Shown in pieces: positions 49,801-59,399 of a DNA stretch of 64,000 nucleotides. Source of the stretch: an uncultured cyanobacterium. GTDB taxonomy: Bacteria; Cyanobacteriota; Cyanobacteriia; Phormidesmidales; Phormidesmidaceae. The notes under the pieces are model-generated. The model saw nothing but the letters and a program-made list of their open reading frames with translations. It made no database searches and was not told where the DNA came from. A program made the position numbers and the translations under genes. The stretch covers positions 1 through 64,000 of the forward strand of contig CAWBZI010000007.1 in assembly GCA_963793265.1 (NCBI GenBank). The letters run 5' to 3'. Numbering within the stretch: the stretch's first letter is position 1; each line of letters begins with the position of its first letter.

Positions 49801-51267
49801 ATGCAAGCTATCGCGCCGCAAGACACTGTTTATAAAAAGTTCGACGCGCTAAATGCGGTTCCCGCGCCTGAAATTATCGCGGGTGCTTCAGCGCCTTTGG
49901 GCATCAGCTCTACCCTCGCAGATCTACCGCTCTATGCCTTCTCAGTCACCGCCGATGGCGCTATTCAAGATCTCATTGACCGCTTCGCCCAGTTTCCCGA
50001 TCTTCCCGGCGCAATCTTCTCAGAGGCTGGTCGGACGCGCGTACTTTCCAGGCATCACTTCTTAGAATGCCTGCTCAAGCTAGGACAAACCAGCCTTCTC
50101 GTTGAGGGCCCCATCGACTTAATCTTGAGCCAGGCCAATCCAAAATCTCTATGTTTGCCTATCGACACCTCTATTCTTCTCGGCGCACAGCAAGCGCTCA
50201 AACGTCCTCATGAGCAGCAAAGCGACCCTATCTTAGTGCAGCACGCTGATGGCTTTAGCCTGCTAGATGCTCGCACGCTCAACGTAGCGCACTGGCAGAT
50301 TCGCGGTATCGAAACCCAAATTCGCTACGAACGGCTACAGATGCAGCTCCTGCAAAGCGAAAAAATGGCCGCACTCGGTCGTCTGGTAGACGGCGTAGCA
50401 CACGAGATTCTCGACCCGGTTAGCTTTATCTGGGGAAATCTCACCTATATTGCCGACTACGCTCAGCAGCAAGGCGACTTGATTAAGGCTTATGCAAAGG
50501 CGCTGCCTCAGGCTACAGAAGAGATTGTTCAGCTTCGAGAAGAGATCGAATTTGACTATTTGAGTAGCGATTTGCCAGCTGCTATCAAAAGTGCCAAAGG
50601 CGGAGCCCACCGGCTGAAGCAGCTTGCGACTAGCCTACAAAACTTTTGTCATATAGACGAAATTCATCCCCGCCCAACAGACTTAAACTCACTGCTTGAT
50701 AGCACGCTAAGGCTGTTAAAAAGTCGGCTTGAGAGCCCCATTCAAATCGAGCGCTGCTATGGCAAGCTGCCGCCTGTTCCCTGCTTTTCAGGGCAGCTAA
50801 GCCAGGTATTCATGAACATATTTACCAATGCAATCGACTCTTTACTGGCTCAGGCTCAGATAGAAAGCTACGGCGTTGAGGGCAGCACGACTATTGGCAT
50901 ATCGCCAGGCAAACCCCTGCAAATCATCCCTCAGATAACCGTAACGACCTGCGTTCGAGCCGAGGCAGATACCGCCTACAAAGACCCTCACGAATCTCGC
51001 TGGGTATCGATTATTATCAGCGACAACGGCCCTGGACTACAGCCTGCAACCAAAGCTCAAATTATTGAGTCGTTTTCGCCTAAAAGTCGCTCTCGGAAGG
51101 AAAAGGGCCTGGCTATGAGCTATCAAATTGTCACGGCTAAGCACGGCGGCAGGCTGTGGATTCGTTCGTTTCACGCTAGTGAGGTACCGGCGACTGAGGC
51201 TGAGCACGTGACGACGGGTACTGAGTTTGAAATATTGCTGCCGCTAACCTCTGGCGAGGTTGATTAG
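49801..51267 (+). CDS. Sensor histidine kinase (NtrB-like, degenerate CBS-like N-terminus)
   Basis: QSEKMAALGRLVDGVAHEILDP, QVFMNIFTNAID, DNGPG, KHGGRL. Confidence 0.9.
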   Translation: MQAIAPQDTVYKKFDALNAVPAPEIIAGASAPLGISSTLADLPLYAFSVTADGAIQDLIDRFAQFPDLPGAIFSEAGRTRVLSRHHFLECLLKLGQTSLLVEGPIDLILSQANPKSLCLPIDTSILLGAQQALKRPHEQQSDPILVQHADGFSLLDARTLNVAHWQIRGIETQIRYERLQMQLLQSEKMAALGRLVDGVAHEILDPVSFIWGNLTYIADYAQQQGDLIKAYAKALPQATEEIVQLREEIEFDYLSSDLPAAIKSAKGGAHRLKQLATSLQNFCHIDEIHPRPTDLNSLLDSTLRLLKSRLESPIQIERCYGKLPPVPCFSGQLSQVFMNIFTNAIDSLLAQAQIESYGVEGSTTIGISPGKPLQIIPQITVTTCVRAEADTAYKDPHESRWVSIIISDNGPGLQPATKAQIIESFSPKSRSRKEKGLAMSYQIVTAKHGGRLWIRSFHASEVPATEAEHVTTGTEFEILLPLTSGEVD

Positions 51268-54200
51268 GACGAGGGTTGAATATTTTTTGGAGAGGCTGTT
51301 GCAGCTTGCTTCGAGGGTTTGCCGATGCCGGTTGCTCGGCTAAGAACGCGGGCGGTGCGGCTGCGGGCTCCGCTGATGTAGGTGAAGAAAACAGGGACAA
51401 CCACGAGGGTGAGGAGGGTGGAGGTGGAGAAGCCGCCAATGACTGCGATTGCCATCGGACTTCTGGTTTCACCACCAGCCCCAATCGCTAAAGCAATCGG
51501 CACCATTCCTGCCACTGTAGAGATAGAGGTCATCAAAATGGGTCGCAGCCGGGTAATGCCTGCTTCGATCACCGCCTGACGACGCGACTTTCCTTGTTTA
51601 ACAGCTATTAGCGCGTAGTCTACTAGCAAAATAGAGTTCTTAGTGACCAGGCCAATGAGCAGCACAATCCCAATAAGAGCAAATAGACCCAGCGGCTTTT
51701 GAGCGATCAATAGGCCCATCAAGGCACCGCCGATACAGAGCGGAATGGCAATCATCACCGCAAAGGGGTAAAGAAAATCGTTGTAGAGCAGAACGAGTAC
51801 CGCATAGATCATCATGATCGCAGTGCCTAACGCCAGGCCGAAACGGGAAAAGATTTCCTTTTGGATATCGGCGTCGCCAGCAGCCTGCTGGCGAATGCCG
51901 GACGGTAGGCTTTGCATGATAGGCAAAGCGTCAACGGCTTCAATACCTTCGCCAAGTTCGATGCCCTGAAGGTTTGCGCCCACCGTGACCTGACGAGAGC
52001 GATCAAAGCGGTCAATTTGAGCGGGGCCGCTGCCAAATTCAATATCGGCCACTGCAATGAGTGGAACAAGCGCGCCGTTTTGGCTAGGAACCTGTAGGTT
52101 TTTTAGCGTGCTGATATCGTCGGTGGCATCAGGGGCCAGGCGAACGCGGATAGGAATTTGGCGATCGCCTGCGTCAAAGTCAGCCAAATTCTGCTCAGCA
52201 TCTCCTAAGGTCGCCAAAGAAGCTGTTTGAGCAATGCTGCTAACCGAAACACCTAAGTCAGTAGCCCGAACAGGATCAGGTCTGATCAAAATCTCTGGCT
52301 GCACCAGCGCCGCGGTAGAGCTAACTTCTACCAAACCCGGCACCTGTCGCATCTGCTGTGTTAAGTCCTGCGCCGTCTGATTCAACAGCGCTGGATCTTC
52401 ACCTGTAAGCACAATCTCTAAGCCCTTGCCACCGCCGCCTGCGCCCTGGCTCACAAAGTTGATCCGCGTCCCTGGAATTTTTTGAAACGCATCGCGCATT
52501 TCCTCTTCAAATTCGCTGCGGGTAATGCGCTCATCTTTAGGCTTGAGCTGAATATAGGCCGTAGAGCTACCGGGCTCTTGGGTACGAAATACGCGCTCTG
52601 TAGCGGGGTGGGCAAGCAGGCGATCGCTCACTTGCGCGCTTACTTCGTCGGTTTTCTCAAGGGTAGAGCCCGGCGGCAGCTCCATCGATACCCTAGTTAA
52701 ATCAGTGTTGCCCGAATCAAACAAAGACGTTGGAATGAACTGAACTAAAGCCAAACTCGACACAAAGAACGCAAAGGCTAAGCCCACCGTAACCAGACGA
52801 TGCTTGAGCGCGCCGTTCAAAAGGCTGTGGTAGGGCAGCAGCAGCCGAGGCACCCGCAAACCGTCGGCGGCAAGTACCGTATTATCAGCGCCGCCTTCTA
52901 CTTTTGGCTTGAGCAAGTAGGCCGACATCATCGGGGTGACTAGCCTGGCCACCAGCGTAGAAAACATGGTGGCTACAGCGACCGTGACGCCAAAAGGCTG
53001 AAAAAACTGGCCGGGAATGCCGCCCATGAAGGCCACAGGAATAAAAACTGCAACGATGGTGGCAGTCGTTGTAACCACAGCTAGGCCCACTTCAGCCGTA
53101 GAATCTAGCGCGGCCTGAAAGGGCGTTTTGCCCATTTGAATATGGCGCTCGGCGTTCTCAATTTCTACAATGGCGTCGTCTACGAGGTTGCCAACGGCCA
53201 AGGTCAGTGCCAGCAAAGACATGCTGTTAAGGGTGTAGCCGAGCGCTTGAATCACCAGAAAAGTTGGAATAATTGAGAGCGGTAGAGCCGTCGCGGTAAT
53301 GAGCGTAGTGCGCCAGTTGCGCAGGAAAACGCCCACTACCACTACGGCTAATATGCACCCCAGAATAAGCGCGTCAATAGAAGCCTGGTAGGAGTCGCGA
53401 ATTTCGGTGGCCTGGGTATAGACCAGTTGAAAGGCAATGTCCTCAGGCAGCGTTGTTTCCAAAGCAGCGATCGCTGCTTTGACCCCATCTTCTACGCTAA
53501 CGACCACGCTCCCTTTACTGCGAGATACCTGAAACCCCACCACGGGCGTCTCGTTGGCATAGGCTGAGGCTCTAATTTCTGCAAAGTCATCTTTCACGCT
53601 GCCCAAGCTCGTCAGCGGTACCGTGCCGCCGTTGGGCAAAACCACATTAAAGTTTTGCAGCGCCGCGACCGTATCAGCGCTACCCAGCGTCCGAATCCCC
53701 TGCTCTATGCCCGAAATATCGCTGCGTCCGCCTGGCAAATTGATGTTGAACTGACGAATTTGATCGTTTACCTGCGTCGCCGTGATGCCGAGCGCGTTCA
53801 ACTGCTCAGGATTTAAATCAACTCGAATTTCGCGATCGACGCCGCCCACGCGGCTTACCTGCGAAACGCCATCTACCGCTAGCAGCCTGCGGCTAATCGT
53901 ACGATCTACAAGATCGCTGAGTTCTTCAACGGAGCGCTCGTCTGATGCAACCGTGTAGATAACCGTCGCCCCGCCTGCAAACTCAAGTCGTCGCACGACC
54001 GGATCTTGCGCATCTTGAGGCAGATCCTGGCGAATCCGCGTAATCGCATCGCGAACGTCATTGGTGGCCTGCTCGGTATCCACACCCAAATCAAACTCAA
54101 TTACGGTGCTAGAAGATCCGTCAGACACCGTTGAGGTCAGCGCGTCAATATTGCCAAGACCGGCAACGGCATCTTCTACCTTTTTGGTAACCTGCGTTTC

Positions 54201-54380
54201 TAGCTCGGCTGGCCCTGCACCTGTCTGTCGCACTTCGACGAGGACGGCGGGCACGTCAATATTAGGGTTGGCGTCGATGCCTAAATTGGTAAAGGCGACC
54301 ATACCGGAAATGGTGAGCACCAAAAAGAGCACAATTGTCGGCACCGGACGCTTGATTGACCAAGCAGAGATGTTGAACAT
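51264..54380 (-). CDS. RND efflux transporter permease (AcrB/AcrD/AcrF family)
   Basis: 1038 aa; GNLVDDAIVEIEN, KNSILLVD, RLRPILMT. Confidence 0.95.
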   Translation of the reverse strand: MFNISAWSIKRPVPTIVLFLVLTISGMVAFTNLGIDANPNIDVPAVLVEVRQTGAGPAELETQVTKKVEDAVAGLGNIDALTSTVSDGSSSTVIEFDLGVDTEQATNDVRDAITRIRQDLPQDAQDPVVRRLEFAGGATVIYTVASDERSVEELSDLVDRTISRRLLAVDGVSQVSRVGGVDREIRVDLNPEQLNALGITATQVNDQIRQFNINLPGGRSDISGIEQGIRTLGSADTVAALQNFNVVLPNGGTVPLTSLGSVKDDFAEIRASAYANETPVVGFQVSRSKGSVVVSVEDGVKAAIAALETTLPEDIAFQLVYTQATEIRDSYQASIDALILGCILAVVVVGVFLRNWRTTLITATALPLSIIPTFLVIQALGYTLNSMSLLALTLAVGNLVDDAIVEIENAERHIQMGKTPFQAALDSTAEVGLAVVTTTATIVAVFIPVAFMGGIPGQFFQPFGVTVAVATMFSTLVARLVTPMMSAYLLKPKVEGGADNTVLAADGLRVPRLLLPYHSLLNGALKHRLVTVGLAFAFFVSSLALVQFIPTSLFDSGNTDLTRVSMELPPGSTLEKTDEVSAQVSDRLLAHPATERVFRTQEPGSSTAYIQLKPKDERITRSEFEEEMRDAFQKIPGTRINFVSQGAGGGGKGLEIVLTGEDPALLNQTAQDLTQQMRQVPGLVEVSSTAALVQPEILIRPDPVRATDLGVSVSSIAQTASLATLGDAEQNLADFDAGDRQIPIRVRLAPDATDDISTLKNLQVPSQNGALVPLIAVADIEFGSGPAQIDRFDRSRQVTVGANLQGIELGEGIEAVDALPIMQSLPSGIRQQAAGDADIQKEIFSRFGLALGTAIMMIYAVLVLLYNDFLYPFAVMIAIPLCIGGALMGLLIAQKPLGLFALIGIVLLIGLVTKNSILLVDYALIAVKQGKSRRQAVIEAGITRLRPILMTSISTVAGMVPIALAIGAGGETRSPMAIAVIGGFSTSTLLTLVVVPVFFTYISGARSRTARVLSRATGIGKPSKQAATASPKNIQPSS

Positions 54381-54428
54381 GGGGAGAAGTAATGTTTTTA
54401 GGCTGGGTCTAAGCTTGAGACGAAAAGG

Positions 54429-55835
54429 CTACGAGTCGGCAGAGGGGCGAGCAGGCTGAGTGAAGCTCTGGTCTACGATGTCTACCAAATCACCATCTTG
54501 TAGGTAGCTAGCGCCTTCTACGACCACTTGAGTGTCGGGTCGCAGGCCAGCGGTAATTTCGATCATCGCAGGCGTGTTGCCGGTAGCAGGGGTGCGATCG
54601 CCCACATCTACCGTTTTCGCCTTCACGGTATTGTCCGCATTCAGCTCGTATACCACAAAGCCGCCGCTCGACTGCGGCAAAACGGCGGTTGCTGGCACGA
54701 CGACACCCTGACGAGAGCCGGTCACAATCGCAGCCTGTAAGAACATGCCGGGTCGGAGCTTATCACTGCCGGGCAAGCCGATTTTCACCGTCGCCTTCCG
54801 ACTTTGCGCGTCCAGCGTTGGGTCAATGCTGCGAACCGTACCTTGAAGCTGCAAGTTCTCATCTGAGCCTGATGTAATCTGCACGGGCGCACCCACATTC
54901 ACCTTAGAAAGCTGCGACTGGGGCACGGTAAGCGCCAGCTCTAGCTGATCGCCGCTGATGATTTTGAATAAAGGCGTTCCCGCTGCTGCAATATCACCAA
55001 CTGTCGCCGTTTTCTCTGCGATCACACCGCTTTTAGGCGCGACCACCTGCGTTTGGCCCATCTGCGTATCGAGCTGATTGACCTCGGCTCTACGGCTGCG
55101 AACGGTGGCCTCAGCGCTTTCAATCGCCGCCACGCTAGAGCCGACCGCCTGATTAGCGGTGGTGAGCTGAGTGCGGCGCGACGTGAGTTCTTCCTGGCTG
55201 ATTGCACCTTGCGCGAATAAGGAAGCATAGCGGTCGTAGCTTTCCTGCGCTTCAGCCGCTTGGGCTCTAGCTTCAGCCGCCTGCGCTTCAGCCTGAGTCA
55301 CCTGGGCTAGAGCGGCGCTCACCTGAGCTTCAGACTGATCCATCTGGGCCTGCATGACCGAATCGTCTAAAACGGCAAGTACCTGACCGGCGGTGACGCG
55401 ATCACCCTCTCGCACGTTCACCGCTTCAATCTGCAAGCCGCTGGCTTTAGGCGCAACTGAAAGTAAATCAAACGCTTCTACCGTACCGCTGGCCGTAATT
55501 GTTTCTTTGATCGGTGCAGTTTGAGCCCGAACCGTGGTCACGCTGGCACTAGAAACCTGCGCTATCTCAGCGGGCACCGCAGCCGGATCTGTAGCCTGTC
55601 TCTGGGCTACTCTAGCCCCAGCGAAAGCAAGCCCTAAGCCTAAGCCCAAGCCGATTAGAAGTCCCTTGGGGCCGCTGAGCCAGCCGCCGAGCGATCGCCC
55701 CGGCTGACGCGCACGGTCGGGCGAGAGGTCATTTGAATCTACAGACGAGTCCACAGCGGACGCCTCACTGTTTGGCAAACTATTTGGCAAATTCCGATCT
55801 GGAAAGTCTGGGTCTGAGAAATTTTGGTAGGTCAC
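54429..55835 (-). CDS. RND efflux periplasmic adaptor subunit
   Basis: TM anchor, VREGDRV, coiled coil, VVAPKSG, LRPGMF. Confidence 0.92.
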   Translation of the reverse strand: MTYQNFSDPDFPDRNLPNSLPNSEASAVDSSVDSNDLSPDRARQPGRSLGGWLSGPKGLLIGLGLGLGLAFAGARVAQRQATDPAAVPAEIAQVSSASVTTVRAQTAPIKETITASGTVEAFDLLSVAPKASGLQIEAVNVREGDRVTAGQVLAVLDDSVMQAQMDQSEAQVSAALAQVTQAEAQAAEARAQAAEAQESYDRYASLFAQGAISQEELTSRRTQLTTANQAVGSSVAAIESAEATVRSRRAEVNQLDTQMGQTQVVAPKSGVIAEKTATVGDIAAAGTPLFKIISGDQLELALTVPQSQLSKVNVGAPVQITSGSDENLQLQGTVRSIDPTLDAQSRKATVKIGLPGSDKLRPGMFLQAAIVTGSRQGVVVPATAVLPQSSGGFVVYELNADNTVKAKTVDVGDRTPATGNTPAMIEITAGLRPDTQVVVEGASYLQDGDLVDIVDQSFTQPARPSADS

Positions 55836-56133
55836 AAAGGGGATGGCGTAAAACTTAGGTAAGACGAAAGCGGCTGAACACGCCCCTATAAAGCCCTATC
55901 TCGGCTAATTAACGACGGTTGATACGTATTTATCAAAACTTAATATTCCTATTATTACGCATTGCTAACAAATCGTGGGACGTAATAAGTCACTGTCAAA
56001 ATAGCCACAGTCTGCTGACATTTTTGAACAACTGCGCTATGGCCGGGCTAGATTGCTGCTACTCTAAACTCCAAATAGCTGTGAGCACCCAGTCTTCTAC
56101 AGCAGCAATCCTCAATTTTATATATCGGCACAA

Positions 56134-57351
56134 ATGGAACGATCCTGGTGGCAAAAGCTAAAATCCAATCCGCTAGCACGGTTTGCAGCTGTCGTACTGG
56201 CGACCTTTTATATCGTGGTGATTTTTGCTGACTTCTTTGCGCCATATAGTCCGCTGGCCCAGCAGCCCAACGGCTCACTGCTGCCGCCGACACAAATCTA
56301 CTGGCGCACTGTGGAAACCGGAGATTTTATTGGCCCCCATGTGTATCCAACCATTCAAGGGCCAATCGATTTAGACACTGGGTTACAGGAGCTAGAGGTA
56401 GACTACAGCCGCCCGGCACCGCTGCGTTTGTTTGTTCGTGGCAGCGAATATCGCCTGTTTGAGACAATTTTGCCTGTTATCACCAGCTTTTCGTTTGACG
56501 GCGAAATGACGCTGAGAGAGTTCAAGCTATTCGGTGGTATTCCGATGAACCTGCACCTCTATGGCGTGTCGGTGCTAGATGAGGCAGAAGCAGGCGCTGA
56601 TGAAACCGCCGATGAAACGCTAGAAGCCGTAGAAACCACACCTGCCTATATCAATATTTTAGGTACTGATAACGCGGCGCGTGATGTCTTTAGTAGACTG
56701 GCCCACGGCGGTCGAATTAGCTTGAGCATTGGCCTGATTGGTATCGCGATTTCCTTTCCACTTGGGCTGCTAGTGGGCGGTATCTCTGGCTACTTCGGCG
56801 GCTTTGTTGATTCTGTTCTGATGCGAATTGTTGAAGTGATTATGACGATTCCATCTATTTATCTACTCGTGTCTTTAGGCGTAATTTTGCCGCCTCAGCT
56901 CAGCAGTTCTGAGCGCTTCTTTTTAATCACGCTAATTATCTCGTTTATTGGCTGGGCCGGGCTTGCTCGGGTGATTCGCGGCGAAGTGCTTTCGCTCAAA
57001 GAGCGGACGTTTGTGCAGGCGTCTCAGTCTATGGGGGGGCGATCGCTCCACATTATCCTCCGCCACATCCTGCCGCAAACTGCCACCTACGTCATCATCA
57101 CCGCCACCCTCGCCATCCCAAGCTACATCGTCTCCGAAGCCGTCCTTAGCCTCATCGGCCTCGGCATTCAAGAGCCCGATCCCTCTTGGGGCAACATGCT
57201 CTCAGCCGGTACCAATGCCTCCATTTTGGTGCTAAACCCCTGGCTAGTGTGGCCCCCGGCGGCGCTGATTGTGATGACTGTACTCTCATTCAATTTGTTA
57301 GGCGACGGACTGCGTGATGCTTTAGACCCGCGCAGTTTGCAGGAGCGCTAG
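56134..57351 (+). CDS. Peptide/nickel ABC transporter permease (OppC/DppC)
   Basis: LGTDNAARDVFSRL, GWAGLARVIRGEVL, RHILP, SFNLLGDGLRDALDPR. Confidence 0.93.
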   Translation: MERSWWQKLKSNPLARFAAVVLATFYIVVIFADFFAPYSPLAQQPNGSLLPPTQIYWRTVETGDFIGPHVYPTIQGPIDLDTGLQELEVDYSRPAPLRLFVRGSEYRLFETILPVITSFSFDGEMTLREFKLFGGIPMNLHLYGVSVLDEAEAGADETADETLEAVETTPAYINILGTDNAARDVFSRLAHGGRISLSIGLIGIAISFPLGLLVGGISGYFGGFVDSVLMRIVEVIMTIPSIYLLVSLGVILPPQLSSSERFFLITLIISFIGWAGLARVIRGEVLSLKERTFVQASQSMGGRSLHIILRHILPQTATYVIITATLAIPSYIVSEAVLSLIGLGIQEPDPSWGNMLSAGTNASILVLNPWLVWPPAALIVMTVLSFNLLGDGLRDALDPRSLQER

Positions 57352-57354
57352 CGC

Positions 57355-57910
57355 TTAGCAGCCAGATTCACCTACCGCCGCAACCGTTGTTGCAAGCTCA
57401 TCTCGATACTGAATCTCGAGCGTGGCGTTTGGAATTTCTGAGACTTCGTAGCCAGTACGCTCTCCGAGCGGGGTATCTGCTATCAGCGTAAAATCACCGT
57501 CTTCGCTCTCAAAAAATCGAGGCGCTTCAAAGAATCGATTGACTTCAGCATCGCTAGCAGGCGCAGTCGGTACAAAATTTACCCAGCCTCCCTCAATTTT
57601 CATCAGCGCTGGCCCGTAGCCATCTGCTTGAATGCGCTCGTGGTAAATATAGTCGGTGTCATCAGGCGATTCTGTCAGCAAAATGCTACAGCCTCGCCCC
57701 GCTTTTTCGATCAGTTCGTCCAGCGTGAAGCTGTTCACCTCTAGGGGTGCAGGCGGCGCAGGCGTTGAAGATGGCGCAGGTGAAGACGTTTCTGCTTGGC
57801 GCTGAGGGTGCAGGTGTTTCAGGCGCAGATGCGGTCGTGTCAGGCTGGTTGCAGCCGAGTAGGAGAGTTGCCGCGAGTCCGCAGATTAAAGGATAAGGGC
57901 GTAAAGACAT
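57355..57910 (-). pseudogene. Hypothetical lipoprotein, frameshifted near 57797
   Basis: Lipobox LLLGC. The Pro/Ala linker continues in the other frame (AETSSPAPSSTPAPPAPLEVNSF...) into ORF 57355-57738. Confidence 0.72.
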
Positions 57911-57964
57911 AGTAGGTGCGTAAATCGAAATTTCATGAACATTCGTGTATGCACTTGGAAATAC

Positions 57965-59299
57965 TTACTCACCCCGACCAAAGGTGAGGTTGTCTAAGCT
58001 TTGACCTGGCGGCAGATCGATAAAAACGCGATCGCCCGCTTCTAGCCCATCAACAATCTGAATGCGATCGCCCACCTGAGAACCCAACACCACCGGCTCA
58101 AACTGCACCTCGCCGTCTCCGTCAGGTATAAGCACACCTGATTCACCAGCCTGCGTGATAATCGCCACTGTTGGCACAACCAGAGCATCTTCAACGCGAT
58201 CACCGATAAAAGCCACCGTCGTATTCATATTCGAGCGCAGCTTATCCTCACCAGTGAGCAAATTTATCCGCACCTGAAAAACTGTCACATTTTGCCGTTC
58301 AATCGCTTCAGGCGCAATGAGCTGAACTTCACCTTCAAACGTCTGATTGGGGAAAGCGTCCGTCTGAATCTCAACCGTTTGCCCCTTCTCAATGCGGCTA
58401 ATGTCGGCCTCTGGAACCTCGGCGATTACTTCTAAGCCACTTGCGATCGCAACAATTGCCGTCGAAGTCGCTGAGGTCACATCTGAAGCTGTCGCTGTCG
58501 GCGTTACAAATGCACCGACTTCAGCAAAGCGCTGCGTCACAATGCCATCAAAAGGCGCACGAATTTCAGTATCGGCAAGCTGAACCTGCACGGCCTGAAG
58601 CTGCCCCTTTGCTCGGTTCAAACGGGCTTCAGCTTGAGCGATAGTTTCTTCGTCGTTGCCGTCCATTTGATCAAACATGCGCTGTTCGGCTTCATCTATA
58701 CGCGCGATCGCCTGCTCAACCCCTGCACTCGCGCTGCGATTGTCATTGAGCGCACGGTCTAGGTCACTGCGAGAAATTGCGCCCTGATCAAAAAGCCGCT
58801 GGCTGCGGTTCAGCTCATCTTCTGAAAGGGTAAGACGAGCGCGGGCGTCGTTAAGCTGAGCGCGGGTAGCAGAAAGTGCAGCCTCCGCCTGGCCAATATC
58901 TGTTGCCGACGCGCCGTTGATCGCATCGTCTAGCTGCGCCTGAGCTTCCGCGACACCAGCGCGGTTTTGCACAAGCTGAGCGTTGAGCTGGGCGCTGTCC
59001 ATGAGGCCGATGAGCTGACCTTTCGTCACGCGATCGCCCTGCTCTACTAGCAGTTCTTCTAGCGTTCCTGCCGTTTTGGGGCTGAGATTGACTGTCCGCA
59101 CAGGCTCCACGCTGCCACTGGCGGTAATGCGAACGGTGAGTTCTGATAAGGTGGCTGGAACGGTGAGTTCGTTAAGGTCGTAATCGGGGCCGCGTCGGGA
59201 GAAGGCAAAGGCGATTGCAACAGCAGCCACTATCCCCATAAATCCAAGCACGAGCCAGAGACGTGGACGCTTAAGACGGGTTGGGAAAGGCAAACGCAT
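57965..59299 (-). CDS. Efflux periplasmic adaptor (MacA/HlyD-like)
   Basis: ITASGSVEP, VEQGDRV, IRAPFDGIV, VPEADI, LRSNM. Confidence 0.92.
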   Translation of the reverse strand: MRLPFPTRLKRPRLWLVLGFMGIVAAVAIAFAFSRRGPDYDLNELTVPATLSELTVRITASGSVEPVRTVNLSPKTAGTLEELLVEQGDRVTKGQLIGLMDSAQLNAQLVQNRAGVAEAQAQLDDAINGASATDIGQAEAALSATRAQLNDARARLTLSEDELNRSQRLFDQGAISRSDLDRALNDNRSASAGVEQAIARIDEAEQRMFDQMDGNDEETIAQAEARLNRAKGQLQAVQVQLADTEIRAPFDGIVTQRFAEVGAFVTPTATASDVTSATSTAIVAIASGLEVIAEVPEADISRIEKGQTVEIQTDAFPNQTFEGEVQLIAPEAIERQNVTVFQVRINLLTGEDKLRSNMNTTVAFIGDRVEDALVVPTVAIITQAGESGVLIPDGDGEVQFEPVVLGSQVGDRIQIVDGLEAGDRVFIDLPPGQSLDNLTFGRGE

Positions 59300-59399
59300 G
59301 AAGGCCGGTAGAAGAAGATATACGTGATGAGTCAGCGGCTTATGGAGTTACCTTTATAAAGCCTTCTTTAAGGATAGTGACTTTTAGCGAAGTTATGGG

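Noticed and set aside
57686..57910. Cys-rich peptide (CAIFNACAAC) as a RiPP precursor
   Set aside because: The Cys residues arise only from out-of-frame reading of a Pro/Ala linker after the frameshift
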